DNA from: an uncultured Desulfarculus sp.
GTDB lineage: Bacteria; Desulfobacterota; Desulfarculia; Desulfarculales; Desulfarculaceae
Length of the DNA: 64,000 bases
NCBI GenBank assembly: GCA_963665125.2
Contig: CAXXUK010000001.1
Coordinates: 1,600,001-1,664,000 of the forward strand
Direction of reading: 5' to 3'
Below, in pieces: positions 26,927 through 36,258 of this stretch. Made by a program: the position numbers and the translations under genes. Under the pieces are notes generated by a model. It worked only from the letters and a program-made list of their open reading frames with translations. It did no database searches and was not told the origin of the DNA. The first letter of the stretch is position 1. Every line of letters starts with the position of its first letter.

Positions 26927-28054
26927 ATGACGTGGAACGACCTCATCAGGCGGCCCGACAGCCAGAAGGTGTATCAGGTCGAGATTGAGATGGCCCGCGA
27001 TAACGGCGGCATTGAGACGCACACGCTCAGGCTGATCACCAGGGGCCATGACCCGGACAAGACGGCCCATTATTATGAGCCGCGTATTTCGGGCATCCCC
27101 TCGTTCACCATCGAGATGCAGGAGGCACGCTACGGCCAAAGCGCCATCAGCTTCGGCAGCCTGGAGATAGTCAACACTGACGGCAAGCTGGACACCTACG
27201 CGACAGGTTGGACCTGGCTCGGCCGTCCGGTGGTGGTCAAGCTGGGCTTCCCTGAGCTCAGCTCCGATCAGTACGAAACCGTCTTCACGGGCCGCATTGC
27301 CGATGTTGATTTTGATGACAATTACATCAGCCTGGGCATCGAGGATTACCAGGGCGACCTCTGGAACAAGCACCGCACTGCGGGCGACTACAGCGGCACG
27401 ATTCCGACCCTCGTATCAGCGTGCCTGACCGGGGCGGGCATCACCAATATCGACACCACCGCCTGGAACGCCTGGGCCGCGGCCAACGGTTTCAGCGCCT
27501 GGTATCGCGCCGGCGGTGAGGAATCCATCAGCACCATCCTGGACGACATCCTGGTCCCTCTGGCCTGCTGGTACACCTTTGACCGCACCGGCACCTTCAT
27601 CATCGGAACCATGCTGGCTCCTAGCGGCACCCCCGACCTGAGCATCCGGGATGCAGAGATCGTCAACGACACGCCCGGCGAAATGCTCAAGCAGTATTGG
27701 AAGGTCGGCGTGCGGTACTTGACGTCCACGGGCGACAACCCGGAGTACGCCACCACCAGCCGGGAAGACTCGAGCATCCTGACGCTCAATCCCACGGCCC
27801 AGGAAACCGTAAAGGAATCGTGCCTGACCGTTGCGGCCCAGGCCCAGACCGTGCGGGACAGGTGGTGGGCTCTGCGCTCGGTGCCCCGGACGATTATCAG
27901 GCCCTGCGTCATGGCCCAGGCTTCGGCTCTGCGCCTTGGCCATCAGGTTGAGCTCAGCGGCAGAAGCCGCTACAGCCAAAACGGCCTGTGGCGCGTAACC
28001 GGCCTCAATGAGGACTGGGACAACTCCCAAACCACCCTGGGGCTGTTCAGATGA
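26927..28054 (+). CDS. Tail tip / baseplate hub-like protein
   Basis: Position after the tape measure gene; coupled genes. Confidence 0.6.
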   Translation: MTWNDLIRRPDSQKVYQVEIEMARDNGGIETHTLRLITRGHDPDKTAHYYEPRISGIPSFTIEMQEARYGQSAISFGSLEIVNTDGKLDTYATGWTWLGRPVVVKLGFPELSSDQYETVFTGRIADVDFDDNYISLGIEDYQGDLWNKHRTAGDYSGTIPTLVSACLTGAGITNIDTTAWNAWAAANGFSAWYRAGGEESISTILDDILVPLACWYTFDRTGTFIIGTMLAPSGTPDLSIRDAEIVNDTPGEMLKQYWKVGVRYLTSTGDNPEYATTSREDSSILTLNPTAQETVKESCLTVAAQAQTVRDRWWALRSVPRTIIRPCVMAQASALRLGHQVELSGRSRYSQNGLWRVTGLNEDWDNSQTTLGLFR

Positions 28055-28905
28055 GAATCCTGGCCAACACATATTTTGACGATGCGGCGATCGCCGCCAC
28101 GGTGCCCGACGCCATAGATGCGGACTGGCCCTTGGCCAACCTGCAGAGCACCTACCGCAAGGAGGTCATGAAGACCACGGGCACGGGCCAGGTGACGCTT
28201 AGGATCGATCTGGGCGCAACCCAGCAGTGTTCCGGCTTGGGGCTCATTGAAACCGATCTATCCCCGGGCGCCGGAATCACGCTACGGGCCTATGCCGATG
28301 CCGCCTATTCGCAGCTGCAGGTCGAGCAGGCCTGGAGCGCCATTGGCCCCATCACCAAGTGGGGAGACGCCCGGTGGGGCGAATTCCCTTATGGCGGCCT
28401 GCCCACGCCGGAAGAGCTGGCCTATTTCCCCAGGCCCGCCTACGGCTACTGGCTCACCGAAGGCGACTATCTTGCCCGGCTGGCCCGCTATTGGGAACTG
28501 GAGATCGACAACGGCACAACCGAGTTCTATTTGGGCCGGGTGCTGCTGGGTCCCTTGTGGGAGCCGGTGAACAAGGCCGCCTACGGGGCCAGGGTGCAGC
28601 GGGTTTCGCCCAGCAAAATCATTGCCCCGCGCAACGCCATCTTCACCAACCGCTTGGAAAAATATTGGTCCGTGGAATTCAGCTTCCCCATGCGCGACAG
28701 CGAGGTGCAGAGCGAGTTTGCCCGGCTGGTGTCCGCGGTGGGCGTGGACAAGGACTTTCTCTTGGAACTACGCAGCGACGCCGACGACCGCACCCGGTGT
28801 TTCTACACCTATTACGGACGCTTTGAGGATCAATCCCCGGCAGTGAGCATGGCCAACTACAACCACAACACCGCGGACGTGCGGTTCAGAGAGGTGGTGG
28901 AATAA
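28051..28905 (+). CDS. Tail tip protein
   Basis: ATGA coupling; ARYWELEI...YLGRVLLG; synteny. Confidence 0.6.
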   Translation: MRILANTYFDDAAIAATVPDAIDADWPLANLQSTYRKEVMKTTGTGQVTLRIDLGATQQCSGLGLIETDLSPGAGITLRAYADAAYSQLQVEQAWSAIGPITKWGDARWGEFPYGGLPTPEELAYFPRPAYGYWLTEGDYLARLARYWELEIDNGTTEFYLGRVLLGPLWEPVNKAAYGARVQRVSPSKIIAPRNAIFTNRLEKYWSVEFSFPMRDSEVQSEFARLVSAVGVDKDFLLELRSDADDRTRCFYTYYGRFEDQSPAVSMANYNHNTADVRFREVVE

Positions 28906-29897
28906 TGCCTGATTACAGTTCTTTCAAGCCCACCAGCGATGGAGACGGCCGCGATTACGTGCAGAAGTGGCCGGCTTTCGTGGATCAGGTCGGCGAAGAC
29001 CTGGACGGCAAAGCCAACGCCCTGCATACCCATGGCGAAGGCCCGCCTGCAGGCGCCCCGATTCCGTTCTCTGAGCAGGCGGAGGAACCTGCGTGCGGCG
29101 CAGATGAAGGCGTAATCTACACCGCCGACGATGGCGGCGATACCTGCCTTTACTACAAAGCAGGGGAAAAGGTGCTCGAACTGGCTCGACCGGGGCAAGT
29201 GCCCGCTCCCGGCTACATCATCGGCATGCAGCTTAGCGAAGCAAGTGCAACAGAGATCACAATTCAGCCCGGCGCGTGTGAGACCGATGGAAAACTTTAT
29301 GTGCTGGAAAGCGCTGTAACGATTGACGTATTAGCCACGTCATTGTTCACAATACGCGGAATCAACATAATACCGCCAGCCAGTGGAAGCTTGTTGTCGG
29401 CGGAGTGTTTTCAGGACATCACCGCCACCCCGGCCTACATCCAAAAAAGCGACGACGGCACCTATTGGCATCGAGTCGGCCAACCGACGCGGCGTGTTAT
29501 CGGGCTTTATCCAGCAAAAGATGATGCAGTGCTAAGCGGGTTTAGCACAAAAAGCGGCGGGGAATATAATTGCGGAACTGTGTTGATAGTCGCCGAGACA
29601 TCGCCGCCGACAAGTGCCACGCCGTACAATGTCGGCCTGCCCAACCTCGAGTCCGGATACAACATCACAGGACACTACACAGCTAGGATAAATGGAGACT
29701 CGTCAACGACAACTCAGCGTCTCCTCGTGAATAGCGCCTACACAATGGGCGGAACAGGCCGCGAACACTACCAAGGAATAGAAATCAAAGCTGACGACGG
29801 CTACGCCGATCTGCATGTCTCGAATGTTGGAGGCACGGCGACGGTGATGTACCTCTACCTGAATGCGATTGACATCCCCACCGGCATGGCCAGGTAA
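28905..29897 (+). CDS. Putative tail fiber / receptor-binding protein
   Basis: End of the tail module; C-terminal part visibly more A-rich than its neighbours. Confidence 0.55.
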   Translation: MPDYSSFKPTSDGDGRDYVQKWPAFVDQVGEDLDGKANALHTHGEGPPAGAPIPFSEQAEEPACGADEGVIYTADDGGDTCLYYKAGEKVLELARPGQVPAPGYIIGMQLSEASATEITIQPGACETDGKLYVLESAVTIDVLATSLFTIRGINIIPPASGSLLSAECFQDITATPAYIQKSDDGTYWHRVGQPTRRVIGLYPAKDDAVLSGFSTKSGGEYNCGTVLIVAETSPPTSATPYNVGLPNLESGYNITGHYTARINGDSSTTTQRLLVNSAYTMGGTGREHYQGIEIKADDGYADLHVSNVGGTATVMYLYLNAIDIPTGMAR

Positions 29898-29906
29898 GGA
29901 GCAGAC

Positions 29907-30467
29907 ATGACTATCTATATTGTCAATTCCATTACCAACGAAATCGTTGCAAGGTTCGCCGCTGAGCAGCCCATCCGCCAAGCCCATCTTTTGGCCGAAG
30001 ATGAAAACCGCGCACGCGTCGAAGACCCCGGTGACTATGACCGCCAGACCCACATCTATGTAGATGGCGCGTTCGTGGCGATTCCCGAACCCACGGCGGC
30101 GGAAATGCTGGTTGCGGCCAAGTACAAGGCCCAGGGCAACCTGCTAGTCAATGTGAACCGCTTCATTGAGGCAAAGCCCACTGGCGAAACCCGCTATGAC
30201 CAAAACCTAAAGCTCAATCTGATGCAGGCGGCAATGGATGCCATGGCAGCAGGCCAGGCCGTGCCCGCGCCCGTTACCCAGGTGCGCACCTGGATCAGCA
30301 CCGTGCAATCGGCCTATTTCGAGCGCAAGCAGGCCATAGCCGCGGCAGTGGATCAATCAGCCCTTGATGCCGTGGATATCAGCTACGGCTGGTTTGAGGC
30401 GCTCTACGGCGTCGAGGGCACCTTGCAGCCGGATCCCGACGTCTACACCAGCGCCATTGTCAGTTGA
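29907..30467 (+). CDS. Putative tail fiber assembly protein
   Basis: Follows the fiber gene; KQAIAAA...ALDAVDI C-terminal pattern. Confidence 0.55.
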   Translation: MTIYIVNSITNEIVARFAAEQPIRQAHLLAEDENRARVEDPGDYDRQTHIYVDGAFVAIPEPTAAEMLVAAKYKAQGNLLVNVNRFIEAKPTGETRYDQNLKLNLMQAAMDAMAAGQAVPAPVTQVRTWISTVQSAYFERKQAIAAAVDQSALDAVDISYGWFEALYGVEGTLQPDPDVYTSAIVS

Positions 30468-30474
30468 GGGAGCC

Positions 30475-30723
30475 ATGGAGGGTAAAGAGTTGCTGTCTTG
30501 GGGCGTGCTGATCGTGGGCGTCTTGTCTCCGGTGGTCACTGTGGCCATCTGGTTCGGCGGCATGAGGCAGCGGCTCATTGCCATTGAAAAGCAAATCAGC
30601 GTGTGCAAGACGGCCCGCGAAAAAGAGGAAAAGGAACTCCACGGGCGGATCACAGACGCGGCCAAGGAATTGACCTACCTCAAGGGCCGGTTCAACGGCC
30701 ACACGGAAAAGGGCAAGCCATGA
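30475..30723 (+). CDS. Holin-like membrane protein
   Basis: One N-terminal TM segment plus charged tail; ATGA-coupled to the endolysin. Confidence 0.55.
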   Translation: MEGKELLSWGVLIVGVLSPVVTVAIWFGGMRQRLIAIEKQISVCKTAREKEEKELHGRITDAAKELTYLKGRFNGHTEKGKP

Positions 30724-31085
30724 GCATCAACTGGGACGCATATCGCTACTTCAAGCGGCACGAGTTTAAATGCAAATGCGGCTGCGGCCGGGCTGAAATG
30801 GATCCCGCGTTCGTGGCCCTGTTGGACAGGCTGCGCGGCCTGGTAGGCAGGCCCTTGACCGTCACCAGCGGATTTCGCTGCCCGGACTATGACCAAAAAT
30901 ACGGCGGCAAGGGCAACCACAGCACGGGCCTTGCCGCGGATATTGCGACGGCCAACAGCACTGAGCGCTATGAACTGGTCACGCTGGCTGCATTCATGGG
31001 AATTGACCGCATCGGCGTGGGAGATGGTTTTGTGCACCTTGACAATGTGCCGCACAAACCCCGCCCGGTACTCTGGACCTATTAG
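30720..31085 (+). CDS. Peptidase M15A-family endolysin
   Basis: HEFKCKCGCG, TSGFRCP, HSTGLAADI, FVHLD. Confidence 0.88.
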   Translation: MSINWDAYRYFKRHEFKCKCGCGRAEMDPAFVALLDRLRGLVGRPLTVTSGFRCPDYDQKYGGKGNHSTGLAADIATANSTERYELVTLAAFMGIDRIGVGDGFVHLDNVPHKPRPVLWTY

Positions 31086-31095
31086 GAGGTTTGAC

Positions 31096-31644
31096 ATGAA
31101 AAAAGTATTGGCCCTGTTGTTGATCATCGCCCTGGCCGTGGTTGCCGGATGCACCACGGTCAGCAAGATTACCACAACCACCGTTGGCCCAGATGGCAAT
31201 ACCGTCACCGTGGTTCAGGAACTGACTGACGAGGCGGTGTTTGTCCAGGCCCAGCAGGCGGCCATCAAACCCATCGTGAGCATTACCGCCGTGGATGACA
31301 CCAAGCCCATTACTCTGAGCAACGTGGCCAAATTCGAGGTGTTCGGCGGCGAAGGTGGCAAGATCAGGCAATATCGCCATCCGGCTTGGGATGTACTGAG
31401 CCAGTACGGCGGTGTAGCAGGCGCTATTCTCGGAGCAGGTGTGGCAGGCTACTATGCCAACGAATTGGCGGCCACGGTCGGTGCGGCGGCCGGCACAAAA
31501 ATCACCGGCAGTTTCAACCAGAGCGGGGCTCAGAGTTCCTTGAACTATGCGCCCGGCAACAGCACCGGCAACACCACCCTTGCCCCTGCTGACAGCCACG
31601 ACAGTACGGACTCTCATGACGTAAGCGAGTCGGCCGATGAATAA
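31096..31644 (+). CDS. Lysis-module lipoprotein
   Basis: MKK + hydrophobic stretch + VAGC lipobox; internal Gly/Ala hydrophobic segment. Confidence 0.75.
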   Translation: MKKVLALLLIIALAVVAGCTTVSKITTTTVGPDGNTVTVVQELTDEAVFVQAQQAAIKPIVSITAVDDTKPITLSNVAKFEVFGGEGGKIRQYRHPAWDVLSQYGGVAGAILGAGVAGYYANELAATVGAAAGTKITGSFNQSGAQSSLNYAPGNSTGNTTLAPADSHDSTDSHDVSESADE

Positions 31645-32053
31645 GGGGCGATTCCTCAACGAACCCGAGGTAAAGAGGCACCGGCCCCAAAATGCCGCAT
31701 GGTGGAAGTTCTGGGCTCTGGCAAGCGCCTGGGAATTGCTGGCTCCATTGGAGTTTGTGTCCGCCGATGGCACTAAGTACACGGTGCCAAAGGGCTTTGT
31801 CAGCGACGGGGCCAGCGTACCTTGGCTGTTGTGGTTCCTGATATCTCCCACCGGTGCGCTGTTCGCAGCGGCCATCCTCCATGACTTTCTGTATAGCGAA
31901 GAGGCGAAGCGGCGTTACGGGATCAATATCAGCCGAGCTAAAGCCGACGCGCTGTTCAAGGAGGCTGCGGAAGCTGACGGAGCCGGCGGATTTAAGAGCA
32001 ATGCGGCCTGGGCCGGGGTTCGGGTCGGCGGTTGGGCGTACTGGAAAGAATAG
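31637..32053 (+). CDS. DUF1353-family protein
   Basis: VPKGFVSDGASVP, AAILHDFLY, RAKADALF, GVRVGG. Confidence 0.88.
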   Translation: MNKGRFLNEPEVKRHRPQNAAWWKFWALASAWELLAPLEFVSADGTKYTVPKGFVSDGASVPWLLWFLISPTGALFAAAILHDFLYSEEAKRRYGINISRAKADALFKEAAEADGAGGFKSNAAWAGVRVGGWAYWKE

Positions 32054-32110
32054 CAAACCGGCAACCTTGCATCCTGGCTGCCGGTTCAAGGACCGCTGTG
32101 GAGGTTGTTA

Positions 32111-32416
32111 CTATCCGTTTGCAGCCCTTGGCATCACCTCTGCCTCAATCTGAGCGCTTGCGTGGTAGCGGGCCAGCTTCAGATCATAATGGCTCTGCAG
32201 GTTCAGCCAGAACTCAGGCGAATTTCCCCAGTAGCGGCTGAGCCGTAGCGCGGTATCCGCCGTGATGCTGCGCTTGCCGTTGACGATCTCGTTGATCCGG
32301 CGGGCGGAAACATTGAGCGCCTTGGCCAAGGCATTTTGGCTCAAATTCAACGGCTTCATGAATTCTTCAAGTAGTATTTCGCCTGGATGGATGGGCGGTA
32401 GCTTCTGGGCGGCCAT
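32111..32416 (-). CDS. higA: HigA antitoxin
   Basis: IHPGEILLEEF, ITADTALRL, PEFWLNLQ. Confidence 0.95.
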   Translation of the reverse strand: MAAQKLPPIHPGEILLEEFMKPLNLSQNALAKALNVSARRINEIVNGKRSITADTALRLSRYWGNSPEFWLNLQSHYDLKLARYHASAQIEAEVMPRAANG

Positions 32417-32431
32417 CTGAGCCCTCCCTTC

Positions 32432-32716
32432 TTATTTATGGTAATCAGTTATCTCCACGTCGTAGGCGTCGTCGCCTTCCCAACGGAAGCATATTCTGTA
32501 TTGCCTGTTGATGCGGATGCTGAACTGCCCCTTGCGATCACCTTTCAAAGCTTCAAGCTGATTTCCTGGTGGCACCCGCAAGTCGTTCACGTTGTGCGCA
32601 GAGGCAATCAATTCCAGTTTACGCTCTGCGGCTCGCTGAAGGTCATTTGAAAACCGGCTGACCCGTTCGCAGTTGTAAACGTTTTCGGTGTCGCTGTTTT
32701 TAAATGACTTGATCAT
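32432..32716 (-). CDS. higB: HigB (RelE-like) toxin
   Basis: MIKSF, DLRVPPGNQLEALKGDRKGQFSIRIN, DYH; toxin-first order. Confidence 0.95.
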   Translation of the reverse strand: MIKSFKNSDTENVYNCERVSRFSNDLQRAAERKLELIASAHNVNDLRVPPGNQLEALKGDRKGQFSIRINRQYRICFRWEGDDAYDVEITDYHK

Positions 32717-32722
32717 GAAGCA

Positions 32723-32751
32723 ATAATATTACACATAACGTCATAGGTCAA
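32723..32751 (-). promoter_or_regulatory. higBA promoter (probably leaderless) with operator
   Basis: TTGACC-N17-TATTAT ending 6 nt before the ATG; imperfect palindrome TATTAC-acataac-GTCATA (32727-32745). Confidence 0.7.
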
Positions 32752-32807
32752 GGCAGGATGAAAAATACGGCGTTTTCACCCCTCAAATTTGGGCCTCTCT
32801 GGACCAA

Positions 32808-32829
32808 TTCCTTACTACTTCCTTACTAC
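32808..32829. repeat. Tandem 11-bp direct repeat, candidate integrase arm sites
   Basis: TTCCTTACTAC x2, about 60 bp inside the att core. Confidence 0.55.
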
Positions 32830-32886
32830 ATGGCATTTTTATGTTTTTATCTACTTGATTTCATTAACTATTCACGATGTACTGCA

Positions 32887-32940
32887 AGTGCCATCCTCAC
32901 ACGGTGGAAGTCATGGGTTCAAATCCCATCGGCCCTACCA
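32887..32940 (+). other. Prophage att site: 3' half of tRNA-Val(CAC)
   Basis: Anticodon arm CCATC-CTCACAC-GGTGG, T arm ATGGG-TTCAAAT-CCCAT, CCA end; no 5' acceptor strand or D arm upstream. Confidence 0.88.
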
Positions 32941-32951
32941 CTCAACAATAA

Positions 32952-32984
32952 CAAGGGGTTAGCCGGATAACGGTTAGCCCCTTG
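32952..32984 (+). terminator. Hairpin downstream of the tRNA fragment
   Basis: CAAGGGGTTAGCCG-gataa-CGGTTAGCCCCTTG. Confidence 0.6.
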
Positions 32985-33019
32985 ATACGTTTGACGAGTA
33001 AAAAAAGGGCGACAACGCT

Positions 33020-33150
33020 TTATTCCTTCCAGCATGCCCAACCCCCAACCCTTACGCCCATGTAGACCACCCACCGCCGCCACCAACTGACACCTGAATC
33101 TTTCATGGCACACATGAAAATATCATCCGCTTGTTTGCGTGTAACAGGCG
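33020..33150 (-). pseudogene. C-terminal fragment of a DUF1353 gene
   Basis: VTRKQADDIF...GVRVGGWACWKE* versus ISRAKADALF...GVRVGGWAYWKE* in 31637..32053. Confidence 0.75.
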
Positions 33151-33326
33151 AACCCGGCCGGGCAAAATGGCCCATGGGTACGCCCCGGACTACAACCTGA
33201 AGCTTCGCCAAAAACTAACTCCACTAGAGCCTTATCAACCAACCGGAACTGTGATATGACAACTATGTCGTGGGATGATAACTTCCCGCGAGCCGGTTGT
33301 TCCCATACAACAAAGCAAGGTGGACT

Positions 33327-35075
33327 ATGAACGCGACCATAGTGGCAATCCTGGTGTTGGTTTGGTTTGGCCTGGCATATTTCACCTATGGCCGATTCAT
33401 CTCCTGGACCCTGGTGAAGCCCGACGATTCGCGCACCACCCCGGCTCACGCCCTGAACGACGGGCTGGACTACAGCCCCAGCAAGCGCCGCTTTTTGTGG
33501 GGCAACCACTTTTCATCCATAGCCGGGGCTGGGCCCATAATTGGGCCAATCGTGGCGGTGTCCTACTTTGGCTGGGGGCCCACCCTGTTGTGGGTGGTCA
33601 TCGGCGCGGTGTTCATGGGCGCGGTGCACGATTACCTGTCCCTGATGATGTCCGTGCGCCACAAGGGGCGCGGCATCAGCGAACTGGCCTCGCTCACCGT
33701 GGGGCGCACGGCCGCGGCAATGTTCGCCATCATGCTCTATTGCGTGCTGGTGCTTCTTATCGCCGTGTTCATGGTTTCGGTGGCCCAGGCCCTGATCAAC
33801 ATGCCAGCCTTGGTCATCCCCACCTTTGGCCTAATCGGCGTGGCCGTGCTGCTGGGCCTGGCCCTGGAGCGCTGGCATGTGCCCGAGTTGATCGCCTCGC
33901 CTTTGGCCGTGTTTCTGGCCTATTTCCTGATCTGGGTCGGCTATTGGGTGCCCATATCCCTGCCGTCGTTCCTGGGCCCCCACGGTATCATGGCCGTGTG
34001 GCTGGTGGTGCTGACAGCCTACTGCCTGCTGGCCTCGGTGGCGCCGATGTGGGTGCTCTTGCGGCCACGGGACTTCATCTCCGGCATCAAACTGGCCGTG
34101 GGCATGGTGCTGGGCTTCGCGGCAATATTCGTGACCCATCCGGTGATCGACGCCCCCATGTTCGAGGGGGCCATTTCTCACGGCAAACCCATCTGGCCTA
34201 TCCTGTTCATCCTGGTCGCCTGCGGCGCCATCAGCGGTTTCCACGCCATTGTCTCCACAGGCACCACGGCCCGCCAGCTCAACAAGGAAAGCGATGGGCG
34301 CAGCGTGGCCTTCGGCGGCATGCTCATGGAGGGCGCTCTGGCCGCATTGGTTATCCTGCTGGTCACCGCGGGCATGAAATGGGGCGCAGCCCCGGATGGA
34401 GTCACCGGCCAGGCCGCCAACCAATACTTTGCCAGCGCTCTGCATAAGGGCTGGATCGTGGCCTTTGGATCAGGCTTCGGCCGTTTGGTCAGCGATCTGC
34501 AGATTCCTTTGCTTACCAGCGGCGTGGCCGCCCTCTTGGGCGCGGTGATGGTCAAGAGCTTCATCCTGACCACCCTGGACGCGGGCACCCGCCTGGCCAG
34601 GTTCTTGATCAACGAATCTGTGGGCAAGAAGGTGCCCCTTTTCGGCGGACTGTGGGTTTCCACGGCGGTGGTTTTGGCTCCCGCCCTGCTTTTGGCCCTG
34701 ACCAACTCCTATGCCGAGGTGTGGAAGCTCTTCGGCGCGGCCAACCAGCTCATCGCCGCTGTTACATTATTAACGATCACCGCCATGCTTGCCGCCCAGA
34801 AGCTGCCCCTGCGCTACACCATGGCCCCGGCCCTGTTCATGCTACTGACCACGGTCTGCGCCCTGTTGTGGGAGATGTTCAACCCCGCTGACGGCTATTT
34901 CACCGGGGCCAAGCCAAACTATTATCTTGGCGCAATATCCGCCCTGCTCATCCTGCTGGGCTCGGGGGTGCTGTTCAAGGGGTGGCGGGCAATAACCGCG
35001 GCCCACGCACCGGAACTGCCCGAACAACCCACGGGCATCTTGGTGGAGAAGCATCAAGCCAAAATGAATATGTAG
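33327..35075 (+). CDS. cstA: Carbon starvation protein A (peptide/pyruvate transporter family)
   Basis: TPAHALNDGLDY, HFSSIAGAGPIIGP, ACGAISGFH, LFGAANQL; many TM segments. Confidence 0.95.
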   Translation: MNATIVAILVLVWFGLAYFTYGRFISWTLVKPDDSRTTPAHALNDGLDYSPSKRRFLWGNHFSSIAGAGPIIGPIVAVSYFGWGPTLLWVVIGAVFMGAVHDYLSLMMSVRHKGRGISELASLTVGRTAAAMFAIMLYCVLVLLIAVFMVSVAQALINMPALVIPTFGLIGVAVLLGLALERWHVPELIASPLAVFLAYFLIWVGYWVPISLPSFLGPHGIMAVWLVVLTAYCLLASVAPMWVLLRPRDFISGIKLAVGMVLGFAAIFVTHPVIDAPMFEGAISHGKPIWPILFILVACGAISGFHAIVSTGTTARQLNKESDGRSVAFGGMLMEGALAALVILLVTAGMKWGAAPDGVTGQAANQYFASALHKGWIVAFGSGFGRLVSDLQIPLLTSGVAALLGAVMVKSFILTTLDAGTRLARFLINESVGKKVPLFGGLWVSTAVVLAPALLLALTNSYAEVWKLFGAANQLIAAVTLLTITAMLAAQKLPLRYTMAPALFMLLTTVCALLWEMFNPADGYFTGAKPNYYLGAISALLILLGSGVLFKGWRAITAAHAPELPEQPTGILVEKHQAKMNM

Positions 35076-35124
35076 ACATGGACGGCTGGTTCAAACCCCG
35101 TCCGCAGACAGTACAAAAGACATC

Positions 35125-35158
35125 AACCGGCTAACCCGGCAAGGGCTAGCCGGTTTCA
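35125..35158 (+). terminator. Intrinsic terminator after cstA
   Basis: AACCGGCTA...TAGCCGGTT hairpin followed by a T-rich tract. Confidence 0.55.
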
Positions 35159-35286
35159 TTTATCGGACAGTGTGTGTAAAGCCCTACCGATCTTGATTTT
35201 TCGATAAGAATGATCTGAATTTGCCTTCCCCGTGTAGCCAAGAAAATATAAAATGTCAACAACATACACCAATCAGAGGTTTGGAC

Positions 35287-36096
35287 ATGACTGAAAATGG
35301 CAAGCAACCTAAGGGAGCCCTAGAATCGTTCGATATTGAAAACGAAAAAAACCTCCACGGTGATCACTGGGCCAGTGTTCTGGGCGGATATTTCTCAGAC
35401 CCGGCAATCGCCAGGTCGTTGGTGGACGCCCTGCAAAAGGCCATCGAGAGGCACTCGCCAACGGTGTTGGTCGATATCGGAGGAGGTACCGGCTTTATAC
35501 TGTCCGAGCTTTCTCGGATATACCCCAACGGCCAACTGCGCCTCATCGACCTGGATGCCTCGCCAACCCAGCTTTCCGGGGAACAGCAGCACAATATCAC
35601 CAAAATTCAGGCCATGGCCCAGGACGTGAAGCGTGAAGACCTTTGCGGCGAGGATGACGTTTTAATGCTGACCATGCGCTCGGTTTTGCAATATTTCGGG
35701 CCGTCCGGCACAGAGCCCTTTTTAAAGGATTTGGCCTCGCTACTAAAGCCTGGCGAGTGCATGGTGCACCAAAGCGCATGCTTTGACAATGAACAGAATG
35801 CCCGGTTTATAAGCAAATTCACGGAAATGTCTCAGATAGGCAAAGGTGCCCCTTTAACGGCCAATCTAAAGGAAATACTTGGTCAATCTGGCTGGAGAGT
35901 GCAGGATGTCATTGACGCTCCGCCTCTGCCAATGGACTCGGCATTTTTGGCCAAGCGATACAAATTGGACAATAACCGTCTGCGGGCTACCGAGGCGCTG
36001 GGCCGCGAGTTCGAAGAGGCTGATGCCTTTAGCCAATTGGAAAACGGTTTCATAATTCGCATGGACTACAAGATTTTCACCAGCATTCGGAAATAA
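35287..36096 (+). CDS. Class I SAM-dependent methyltransferase
   Basis: LVDIGGGTG, DLDAS, LLKPG. Confidence 0.8.
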   Translation: MTENGKQPKGALESFDIENEKNLHGDHWASVLGGYFSDPAIARSLVDALQKAIERHSPTVLVDIGGGTGFILSELSRIYPNGQLRLIDLDASPTQLSGEQQHNITKIQAMAQDVKREDLCGEDDVLMLTMRSVLQYFGPSGTEPFLKDLASLLKPGECMVHQSACFDNEQNARFISKFTEMSQIGKGAPLTANLKEILGQSGWRVQDVIDAPPLPMDSAFLAKRYKLDNNRLRATEALGREFEEADAFSQLENGFIIRMDYKIFTSIRK

Positions 36097-36148
36097 TCCC
36101 TGCGGCTGGCATGTGAGCAACAGCAACCATATCCCAATAAAATAACAA

Positions 36149-36188
36149 CCGGTTAGAGATGTCACCCTCTAACCGGCGTTTTGCTTTT
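36149..36188 (+). terminator. Intrinsic terminator between convergent genes
   Basis: CCGGTTAGAG-N8-CTCTAACCGG followed by T tracts. Confidence 0.6.
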
Positions 36189-36258
36189 CATTGCCACCTG
36201 GGCACCGTCTATTTACGAGATATGTGCCTCACATGTAAACACTTAGAGGCGTTGGATA

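Larger units (their letters stand above)
1..32940 (+). mobile_element. Prophage (HK97-like head, long non-contractile tail), left end outside the window
   Basis: Co-oriented early, replication, packaging, head, tail and lysis modules, ending at a tRNA 3'-half duplication. No integrase or CI repressor within the window. Confidence 0.95.

Noticed and set aside
28905..30467. Diversity-generating retroelement or invertible tail-fiber cassette
   Set aside because: No reverse transcriptase, invertase or duplicated template/variable region seen in the window.
32865..32940. Intact tRNA-Val gene
   Set aside because: No 5' acceptor strand complementary to CGGCCCT and no D arm upstream; treated as an att duplication.
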